Origin: a virus
Lineage: Duplodnaviria > Caudoviricetes
IMG/VR virus record: IMGVR_UViG_3300029825_000421
Span: 1 to 35,776 of that record
Direction: 5' to 3' (one strand)
Length of the DNA stretch: 35,776 bases
Part shown: positions 18,030 through 25,498 of the stretch, piece after piece
How positions within the stretch are numbered: the first letter of the stretch is position 1
Layout: each line of letters starts with the position of its first letter
The notes under the pieces: model-generated
What the model was told of the DNA's origin: nothing
Databases searched by the model: none
Seen by the model: the letters and a program-made list of their open reading frames with translations, nothing else
Translations under genes and position numbers: made by a program

Positions 18030-18143
18030 TTTTATCCCTCCTGTTTTTAATAAATATTATTAAACCAACTTTAAAGTATAAAATTTATTTATTTTAATAG
18101 TAGATTAAAATGTAAAATTATGCAATAGACAGCAAAAAAATCG

Positions 18144-18220
18144 TGAGACAAAAATGAGACAGATTTGAGACAAAAATAGGACAAAGTTGGGACAAAATTC
18201 ATCTAAAAGTGTTATATACT
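18144..18220 (+). promoter_or_regulatory. Probable late promoter: five tandem 11-bp repeats plus -10 box
   Basis: TGAGACAAAAA/TGAGACAGATT/TGAGACAAAAA/TAGGACAAAGT/TGGGACAAAAT then TATACT at 18215-18220. Confidence 0.7.
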
Positions 18221-18486
18221 ATATATAGTCGATTATGGTTAAAATGAAAAATTGCAAACTGCATTGCAATAACTCATATACAAACTCTCCCTTAAAATAA
18301 ACCTCTAGCTCCAGGGTTAAATGGAGCTACCAATGCGGCTTTGCCGTAAATAAAATTAAACTATATCTTGTATAAGTCCATAGTATCTACATATTATATG
18401 CTTGGGAGAAATCCTAGACTATGGCACAATTAGCTCGTCTACTATGTGTAGAAGGAGCAGAGCTATCGTTATGCGATAGTGGTAAA

Positions 18487-18635
18487 TATAGAGTAGTGGC
18501 GGAATAGAACATCCTATAAGGTTGAAAGTAGACGCTAGATGAAGAATGCTATGTGGTAGATGTATTGCATAACTGTGGAAGCCAGCCATCAAGATAGACA
18601 TATTATGTAGAGTGCAAATCTCTACCTACTCTATA
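18487..18635 (+). ncRNA. tRNA-like structured RNA (non-canonical)
   Basis: Closing stem TATAGAGTAG/CTACTCTATA; D-arm-like TGGCGGAATAG..GTAGACGC; T-arm-like GTAGAG-TGCAAAT-CTCTAC. Confidence 0.65.
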
Positions 18636-18649
18636 ATACATATCCCCTA

Positions 18650-18685
18650 AAGACACTTAGATTAAATTCTAGGTGTCTTATTTTT
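18650..18685 (+). terminator. Intrinsic terminator
   Basis: AAGACACTTAGA/TCTAGGTGTCTT stem plus ATTTTT. Confidence 0.75.
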
Positions 18686-18699
18686 ATGTCTGAAAAGAG

Positions 18700-19482
18700 G
18701 TGAGAACAATTACAAATACAGAGATATTATATTCAGCATTAGGGAACCCAAAAGTTGAAAACTTGGAAAGTATAGACACTAATTGCCTAATATGCGGCAA
18801 GCATATAGCAGAAGGTGCAAAAGCCAAAAAAGTATTATCATCAAATTTCACAAATTGGGGAGATTGCAAGGATAGAATAAGCCAATATATTTGTAAAGAA
18901 TGTGCAGGGGTAATAAAAGCTAGGGAAGTAAGGGTTAATTCGTTTGTAGCAGATGCAAATAACTTATATCTATTAAAGAAAAATGATATAGAAGATTATT
19001 TGTTTAACCTTGGAAAGTATGTAACTGGTGAATTCGTAGTGGGTATAACCCAAAGTTTTAAAAAGCATAATTCATTCAGATGTAAGGTAAATTCAGACCC
19101 GAAGAGATATTTTATTAGAGAAGAAGACAGAGAATATGTTTTTGATGTAAATAAGCTGAAAAGAGTGTATGAATACTTAAATGATGCTTATCTACAGTTT
19201 AGCAAAGATGAGCTACAAACGGGCAATTATAAGATGATTTCAATTGAACAATTCGGACTTGAAAAGTATTATTCCATATATGAGAAATTCCCTAAAAATA
19301 TGGAGTTAAAAATAAAGTTTATGAGCTATATAAGGCAAGATATTAAATATAAGCGGAATGTATATAAAGGATATATAGGCATAATAGCAATGCAAGGGAG
19401 CAGAGAATTAATTAAAATGGCATATCAAAGTGGCTTAGGGAGCAAGAACGGCATAGGATTTGGGTTAATAGAAAAAGTTTAG
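18700..19482 (+). CDS. Csf1-like (type IV CRISPR large subunit) N-terminus fused to Cas6 C-terminus
   Basis: CLICG...SNFTNW...ICKEC...KKH; C-terminal ELIKMAYQSGLGSKNGIGFGLIE Cas6 G-loop. Confidence 0.75.
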   Translation: MRTITNTEILYSALGNPKVENLESIDTNCLICGKHIAEGAKAKKVLSSNFTNWGDCKDRISQYICKECAGVIKAREVRVNSFVADANNLYLLKKNDIEDYLFNLGKYVTGEFVVGITQSFKKHNSFRCKVNSDPKRYFIREEDREYVFDVNKLKRVYEYLNDAYLQFSKDELQTGNYKMISIEQFGLEKYYSIYEKFPKNMELKIKFMSYIRQDIKYKRNVYKGYIGIIAMQGSRELIKMAYQSGLGSKNGIGFGLIEKV

Positions 19483-19483
19483 G

Positions 19484-19708
19484 GTGTTGATAATAATGAA
19501 ACCAATATACATAAGTATTAAATGTAATAGATGTAGTAGAGAATTTGTATTACTGACAGAACAGCAGGAGAGATTTAATGGAGAATTAAGATGCCCTTAT
19601 TGTTCTAGTTCTAAATTACATACAGAGAAAGCTACGGATAATTTAAAGGAATGTATGGGTAATAGGGTGTACAAGAGGATTAAAGGAGCCCTGAGGGAGG
19701 TTAGATAA
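19484..19708 (+). CDS. Zinc-ribbon protein
   Basis: CNRC...CPYC. Confidence 0.7.
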   Translation: MLIIMKPIYISIKCNRCSREFVLLTEQQERFNGELRCPYCSSSKLHTEKATDNLKECMGNRVYKRIKGALREVR

Positions 19709-19709
19709 A

Positions 19710-19904
19710 TTGAGTGAATCGGATGGTATAGTATGCCTAAAGAAATGTTCAATATGTGGGAAGAATAGGGAGCAAAGAGCTGAATGTGAAGAGGATTTTA
19801 TGGTCAAGCATTGTAGAGAGTGCCCAAATAGAGAGACAAAGTTAATATGTTCTTGTGGATGTATGGACAATATATGTGTCTATGCACTAGAACAGGAGGA
19901 ATAA
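19710..19904 (+). CDS. Small Cys-rich protein
   Basis: Ten Cys in 64 aa; GGGAGG RBS. Confidence 0.6.
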   Translation: MSESDGIVCLKKCSICGKNREQRAECEEDFMVKHCRECPNRETKLICSCGCMDNICVYALEQEE

Positions 19905-19906
19905 GG

Positions 19907-20083
19907 ATGTATATTATAGCATGGATAGGTCTTATATGTTCTATACTTAAAGACTATGGTTTACTCAAGGGTACTTTTACAGCAGAAAAAACAACAGACA
20001 GGATAGGTGCATTTATAGCGTTTATACTTTATGCATTAATAACATACTTTTTCTACATTTATTTAAAATGTGAGAAATTTTAG
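19907..20083 (+). CDS. Small two-TM membrane protein
   Basis: Two hydrophobic segments; start moved to ATG 19907 after AGGAGG. Confidence 0.6.
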   Translation: MYIIAWIGLICSILKDYGLLKGTFTAEKTTDRIGAFIAFILYALITYFFYIYLKCEKF

Positions 20084-20091
20084 GAGGATAT

Positions 20092-20259
20092 ATGAGTAAT
20101 TCAACTGTATACATAAATGGACAACCGAGAGGTAACAGTACATATGTTATAAGAAAAGATAGGTTAATTAAGGCTAAAGAAAGAATGGAGCAACGGGAGA
20201 ATAAAGGCTCTGATGAAGAATATATTGAAAATTTAGTAAAAGAATTTGAGGAGGATTAA
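20092..20259 (+). CDS. Hypothetical protein (55 aa; not in ORF track)
   Basis: MSNSTVYINGQPRG...; AGGAGG RBS. Confidence 0.6.
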   Translation: MSNSTVYINGQPRGNSTYVIRKDRLIKAKERMEQRENKGSDEEYIENLVKEFEED

Positions 20260-20261
20260 TA

Positions 20262-20615
20262 ATGGCTAAGAATATAATAGAAGTTAAATTAAATATAGAT
20301 GCGGACGGATATCAGAAATTTCTTAATGAGACTATAGAAAAAGTAGAGGAATTAAAGGAAAGATTGGAGAGATTAAATCATCCAAATATTCATACTGTAT
20401 CAAATGGTAATGATATTACTATAGTTATTGGAGCAGGAGAAGAGATTGATACAATACAAATAGGGGCTGCAAAATATAATCCAATTTCTGATCCACATGA
20501 GTTATGTATAAAATCAGGTACTATAGATGCAGATAAATTAGAACGATTAACTGTTGACCAAATAAGTAACAAACTGGCGGTAGAGCTGCGTGAAAAAATG
20601 AAGAGACGGTTTTAA
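20262..20615 (+). CDS. Hypothetical protein
   Basis: GGAGG RBS, 117 aa. Confidence 0.65.
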   Translation: MAKNIIEVKLNIDADGYQKFLNETIEKVEELKERLERLNHPNIHTVSNGNDITIVIGAGEEIDTIQIGAAKYNPISDPHELCIKSGTIDADKLERLTVDQISNKLAVELREKMKRRF

Positions 20616-20658
20616 TATATCGCAAATAAGTATTAGGCAGGTGAGGTGACGTGTAAGG

Positions 20659-21480
20659 ATGGCAAGACAGAGAAGCCCCAAGAGAGATAAAGCATTTGAA
20701 ATATATAAAGAACATAATGGGAATATACTATTAAAAGATATAGCGAAACAATTAAAAATATCTGATGTTCAGATTCGTAAATGGAAAAGTAACGATAAAT
20801 GGGAACAGAAATTAAAGGGTACATTGAAAAGTAACATTACTAAAAAGTTTAATAGGGAAGTAAAGAAGCAAGAAAATGAAGAAACTGGAGAAATTTTAAA
20901 TAATAGTAATCTTACTGATAAACAAAAGCTTTTTTGTATTTATTACCCTAAATGTTTTAACGCTACAAAGGCAGCTATAAAAGCAGGATATTCAAAAGAT
21001 ACAGCTTATTCTATCGGGTTTAACTTATTGAAAAAAGTTGAAATAAAAACTGAAATACAAAGGCTGAAACAAAATAAACTCAATAGGGCAATGTTAAGTC
21101 CCGATGATATATTTCAAAGGTATTTAGATGTAGCGTTTAGCGATATGACTGATTATGCCGAGTTCGGCAAAAAGAGAATAAAGATCGGTGAGAAAGAAGA
21201 TGGCACACCTGAAATGATAGAAATAAATTATGTAGACTTTAAGGACAGCAAAGAAGTAGATGGAACTCTCATTCAGGAAGTGTCAAAGGGCAAAGACGGT
21301 GTAAGAATAAAGCTCCAAGATAAAATGAAAGCTTTGGATTGGGTAAGTAGCCATAGTGACTTATTGACTACAGAGCAAAAACATAAGCTGGAAATAGAAA
21401 GGGCTAAGATAAAGCAACAAGACAACGAACAATCGGATGATGTATTAAAAGAGATGCTGGAAGGTCTAAAAAATGAGTAA
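20659..21480 (+). CDS. terS: Terminase small subunit
   Basis: N-terminal HTH; LTDKQKLFC..Y...FNATKAAIKAGYS. Confidence 0.93.
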   Translation: MARQRSPKRDKAFEIYKEHNGNILLKDIAKQLKISDVQIRKWKSNDKWEQKLKGTLKSNITKKFNREVKKQENEETGEILNNSNLTDKQKLFCIYYPKCFNATKAAIKAGYSKDTAYSIGFNLLKKVEIKTEIQRLKQNKLNRAMLSPDDIFQRYLDVAFSDMTDYAEFGKKRIKIGEKEDGTPEMIEINYVDFKDSKEVDGTLIQEVSKGKDGVRIKLQDKMKALDWVSSHSDLLTTEQKHKLEIERAKIKQQDNEQSDDVLKEMLEGLKNE

Positions 21481-22708
21481 GTATATATATTCACCTAAAC
21501 AGAAAGATGTAATATACAAAACAATAAATAATAAATTAGGTTTTATAAACATAGCAGAAGGTAGTGTAAGAAGTGGCAAAACCTTCTCTTTTAATTTGGC
21601 ATGGATTTTATATGTACTGCAATCACCTCATGATAAATTTCTAATGTCTGGTGAAAGTACAGATTCTCTTTATAGAAATGTGATAAAAGATATGCTTCTT
21701 ATATTGGGAGAAAACAGAGCAGTATATCAGAATACCCAAAAAGGCGGGGCGCAGCTTGTAATAAGATTTGATGGTAGAACAAAAATATGTTATTGCCGAG
21801 GTGGTTCAAAAGCTAATGATGAGGGCAAAATAAGGGGTATTACAGTAGGCGGATGGTATGCAGATGAAATAACATTGCATCATGAAACTTTTGTAAATCA
21901 AGCTATTACAAGAATGAGCTTAGATGGAGCCAAGGCTTTTTGGACAACAAACCCAGACAATCCACAACATTTTATTAAAACTCAATATATAGAAAATGCT
22001 GAAACCAATGGATATTGCCATTGGCATTTTACTTTAGATGATAATTTATCACTGAGTAAAGAATATAAAGAAAATATTAAAAAAGCCTATTCTGGGGTGT
22101 TTTATGATAGATTTATTAAAGGCCTATGGGTAATGGCTAACGGAAGCATATTTGATATGTGGACATCAAAGAATGAAATTGATGAATTGCCTGATGGATT
22201 AAAATCAAATGCAATGAGATATATTACTATAGACTATGGCACTACTAACCCTATGGTATTTCTTGATATATGGGATGATGGAACAACTATATGGATAGCC
22301 AATGAATATTACTACGATAGTAAAAAAGAAATGCACCAAAAAACCGATAAACAGTATGCAGATGATTTAATAAAATTTATAGGTGATAATTATCCTGCTG
22401 CTATTATATTAGACCCTTCTGCAGCTTCATTTAAAGCAGAAATGAGTAGTAGAGGTTATATAGTAAAGGACGCAGATAACGATGTAATGGATGGAATAAG
22501 GGTAACATCAAGTTTAATATCACAAATAAAAATAAAAGCAGTTAAATCTAAGTGCCCTAGAACATTAGGCGATATAGCTTCTTATGTGTGGGACGATAAA
22601 GCTAGAGAACGCGGAGAAGAAAAACCATTGAAAGTAAATGATCATGGCTGTGATGCATTAAGGTATTTTTGCAAGACAATAATTAAATCTTGGAGATTAA
22701 CATTGTAA
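21473..22708 (+). CDS. terL: Terminase large subunit (PBSX family)
   Basis: GSVRSGKT Walker A, YADE Walker B, IDYG and DHGCDALRY nuclease motifs. Confidence 0.95.
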   Translation: MSKYIYSPKQKDVIYKTINNKLGFINIAEGSVRSGKTFSFNLAWILYVLQSPHDKFLMSGESTDSLYRNVIKDMLLILGENRAVYQNTQKGGAQLVIRFDGRTKICYCRGGSKANDEGKIRGITVGGWYADEITLHHETFVNQAITRMSLDGAKAFWTTNPDNPQHFIKTQYIENAETNGYCHWHFTLDDNLSLSKEYKENIKKAYSGVFYDRFIKGLWVMANGSIFDMWTSKNEIDELPDGLKSNAMRYITIDYGTTNPMVFLDIWDDGTTIWIANEYYYDSKKEMHQKTDKQYADDLIKFIGDNYPAAIILDPSAASFKAEMSSRGYIVKDADNDVMDGIRVTSSLISQIKIKAVKSKCPRTLGDIASYVWDDKARERGEEKPLKVNDHGCDALRYFCKTIIKSWRLTL

Positions 22709-22898
22709 GAATAATAATTTTAAATGCCATTCAAAATAATAAATAGAGCTGAATATATACAACAATATGCAATGATTGCTACATAAATATTCATGTATAA
22801 ATGTCTAAATGAGAATTTAATATGTTTTAATTTCGCTTTTTATTCAATAAAACATATTCAAAGCTAGTAATATCAATATGTACACAGCATCTTATTTA

Positions 22899-22926
22899 AC
22901 TTTACTAAATTTTTATTTAACGAAGT
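22899..22926 (-). other. dif-like tyrosine-recombinase core site
   Basis: ACTTCGTTAAA-TAAAAA-TTTAGTAAAGT, an 11-6-11 imperfect inverted repeat. Confidence 0.45.
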
Positions 22927-22988
22927 TCATTGTAATGATTGAATAGAGCTATAGAGGCTTTTTTATTTTACCTGAAAGGAGGTTGAAT

Positions 22989-24542
22989 ATGAGCAGCAGA
23001 AGACATAAAAAAAGAAAAAAATATAATATAGATACCAAACCTAAAAATAATATAAAGCCTCCTAAGGGACTTGTTACAGATTCATTTTCAAATGTACTTG
23101 CCAGATTGGGCTATGGAACACCAAACCTGTTAGAAGGTACAGAATATCCTCTCACAAGGATTACACAGGATTATGGGCTTATGAATAGCTTGTATAGATC
23201 CAATTGGATAATAAGAAAGATTATAGATACTATCCCGGATGATATGTGTAAGAATTGGATACAGGTAACTACAGAACTTGAACCGGACCAAATAAGGCAA
23301 TTACAAAAACTAGAGAGAAGAACCAAGTTAAAAGCCAAGATACTTGAAGGGCTTAAATGGGGGAGGCTTTATGGTGGTGCCGGTGGTTTGATAATAATAG
23401 ATGGACATGAGAATATACTAGACCAGCCACTAGAATATGATGATATAATGCCAGATAGCTTCAAGGGACTATTTATAACAGATAGATGGAGTGGCATAAC
23501 ACCAAGTCAGAATATAGTTGAAGATATAAACAGTCCTGATTTTGGAACACCTGAATTTTATAATGTAGTTGCAGATGGAGGGAAAATAATAAGAGTACAT
23601 CATAGCAGGGTTGTAAAATTCATAGGTAGAAAACTTCCGTATTGGGAGGAACTTGCAGAGCAGTATTGGGGAGCCAGTGAGGTTGAAATCGTGTTTGATG
23701 AACTTAAAAAGAGAGATAATACTAGCTGGAATATTGCTCAATTGATATTTTTAGCAGATTTAAGGGTATTAAAATTAGATGGAGTAAGGGAAATGCTTAG
23801 TATAGGAAATGATAAAGCCGCACAAAGAGCGTGGAAAGCTATAGAAGCACAGAATATGCTAATGAGCAATATGGGATTACAAATACTGAATTCAGGTGAA
23901 GAATTAGAAAGACACCCATATTCTTTTAGTGGATTGAATGACATATATCAATCTTTTATGTTAGATGTAGCTGGAGCCTGTGAAATACCTGTAACACGAT
24001 TATTTGGGCGTTCTCCTGCTGGCATGGATGCAACCGGTGAAAGCGATATGCTAAATTACTACGACACTATAGAAGAAAAACAAGAATCTACATTGAGGCC
24101 AGTATTAGATCAATTATTGCCTGTATTATGCATGAGTGAATTTGGAGCTATGCCGGATGATTTGGATTATGACTTTAACCCTGTTCGAACACCGGATGGA
24201 AATGAATTGGCAGATTTATCTAGTAAAAATACTGCTGTTGTAATAAGTGCTTATACAAACGGATTAGTAAGTCAGAAAACAGCATTAAGAGAGCTTAAAC
24301 AGCAAAGTAATGTAACTGGCCTGTTTAGCAATATATCTGATGAGGAAATAGAAAAAGCAGATGATTCGACTGTTGATGAAGGAGAATTGGAAGGATTGAA
24401 TAATTATGGTAGCGAAAACAGCTCAGGACCTTTGGAAGCCGAAAAGATTAATAGAGAAGAGATATCAAAGAACATTAAAACGGGCAATGAAGATTCTTCA
24501 ACAAAATTTAAATGGTTTAAGAAATCCAAGAGAAATACTTAG
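22989..24542 (+). CDS. Portal protein (DUF1073 type)
   Basis: LYRSNWIIRKIID..PDDM...WGRLYGG...IPVTRLFGRSPAG; follows terminase. Confidence 0.92.
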   Translation: MSSRRHKKRKKYNIDTKPKNNIKPPKGLVTDSFSNVLARLGYGTPNLLEGTEYPLTRITQDYGLMNSLYRSNWIIRKIIDTIPDDMCKNWIQVTTELEPDQIRQLQKLERRTKLKAKILEGLKWGRLYGGAGGLIIIDGHENILDQPLEYDDIMPDSFKGLFITDRWSGITPSQNIVEDINSPDFGTPEFYNVVADGGKIIRVHHSRVVKFIGRKLPYWEELAEQYWGASEVEIVFDELKKRDNTSWNIAQLIFLADLRVLKLDGVREMLSIGNDKAAQRAWKAIEAQNMLMSNMGLQILNSGEELERHPYSFSGLNDIYQSFMLDVAGACEIPVTRLFGRSPAGMDATGESDMLNYYDTIEEKQESTLRPVLDQLLPVLCMSEFGAMPDDLDYDFNPVRTPDGNELADLSSKNTAVVISAYTNGLVSQKTALRELKQQSNVTGLFSNISDEEIEKADDSTVDEGELEGLNNYGSENSSGPLEAEKINREEISKNIKTGNEDSSTKFKWFKKSKRNT

Positions 24543-25248
24543 AGAAATTAAAAAGTTCTCCAATAGCCATGAATTCAAGAAATTCGCAGAAGCAGAAGCC
24601 TTAAAAATGGTTACTCATGTATTTGCAGATGCAGGCCGTACATGGAGACAGGCAGCAGCCAAAAATGGCAAAGGTAGTGAGATATACAAAGCTCTAAAGA
24701 AAGAGTTACAAGGACCAATAGGAGGGGCTATAAGTGCACAAGTAGAACAAAACGCTACTTTGATTAGAACATTACCTCAAGGCGTGGCAAGAGAAGTTAC
24801 ACAACATATTGCAGAGGAAACATTTAAAAGTAGGAGGCCAGAGGATTTAACAGAAGAAATTAAGGAATTGTTTAGTTATAAGGCTCAAATAAGAGCTCAA
24901 ACTATTGCACGTACTGAAACAGCCAAGGCAAATACAGCTTTAACTCATGCTAGAAGCAAACAACTTGGCTTGAATTGGTATATATGGAGAACTGCCGAAG
25001 ATGTAAGGGTTAGAAGTGCACATGCTTTAATGGATGATGTTATATGTTCCTGGGATAATCCTCCAAACCCTGAATTACTTAATCATGAGAAAAGAAATTA
25101 TGGGAATTATAATCCAGGAGAGATATTTAACTGTAGATGTTTTCCAGCACCCATAGTAAATATAGACTTTGAAAAATTCCCTCACAAAGTATGCTACCAA
25201 GAAAAGATAATTACAATGACTAAGAAACAATTTTTAGAGATTATGTAA
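24406..25248 (+). CDS. Minor head/head morphogenesis protein (SPP1 gp7/Mu F family)
   Basis: IARTET...YIWRTAEDVRVRSAH...PGEIFNCRC. Confidence 0.92.
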   Translation: MVAKTAQDLWKPKRLIEKRYQRTLKRAMKILQQNLNGLRNPREILREIKKFSNSHEFKKFAEAEALKMVTHVFADAGRTWRQAAAKNGKGSEIYKALKKELQGPIGGAISAQVEQNATLIRTLPQGVAREVTQHIAEETFKSRRPEDLTEEIKELFSYKAQIRAQTIARTETAKANTALTHARSKQLGLNWYIWRTAEDVRVRSAHALMDDVICSWDNPPNPELLNHEKRNYGNYNPGEIFNCRCFPAPIVNIDFEKFPHKVCYQEKIITMTKKQFLEIM

Positions 25249-25261
25249 GGAGGAATGATGT

Positions 25262-25456
25262 ATGCATAGAGTATGTTTTTGCGGTTGCTGTAGCGATAAA
25301 GGTGACGAATATATGTGCGAAGGAACATGTTCCAATTATACTTTAAAATCCTATGGTTACAAATTAAAAAAAGGTGAATGTGAAAAACCATATTTTAAAA
25401 CAACAAATAAAAATGATCTAAAAGATAGTATATTAAATAGTACCAAAGTTAAATAA
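25262..25456 (+). CDS. Small Cys-rich hypothetical protein (moron-like)
   Basis: AAGGAGG RBS; followed by terminator-like hairpin. Confidence 0.55.
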   Translation: MHRVCFCGCCSDKGDEYMCEGTCSNYTLKSYGYKLKKGECEKPYFKTTNKNDLKDSILNSTKVK

Positions 25457-25478
25457 GCCTTAGAGGGCTTTTTATTTT
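25455..25478 (+). terminator. Weak intrinsic terminator
   Basis: AAGCCT/GGGCTT stem plus TTTATTTT. Confidence 0.5.
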
Positions 25479-25498
25479 GCCTGAAAGGTGGTGATTAA

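Noticed and set aside
16412-18131. ATAGACA as target-site duplication around the sce7726/beta cassette
   Set aside because: The same 7-mer also occurs at 15842 and 18594, so it is not specific
18144-18198. CRISPR array next to the Cas-like gene
   Set aside because: 11-bp contiguous repeats without spacers; I found no repeat-spacer array anywhere in the window
18419-18601. 60-aa minus-strand ORF in the structured region
   Set aside because: No RBS; sequence better explained by plus-strand RNA structure
18487-18635. Canonical tRNA-Leu gene
   Set aside because: D-loop insertion, no defined anticodon arm, TGC T-loop, no CCA
22989-24542. Anti-CBASS Acb1 label sometimes attached to this family
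   Set aside because: Position and motifs indicate a portal; no separate 2H phosphoesterase domain evident
24406-24542. 137-bp portal/minor head overlap as an anomaly
   Set aside because: Both frames are intact and the downstream gene has its own RBS; such overlaps are ordinary in head modules
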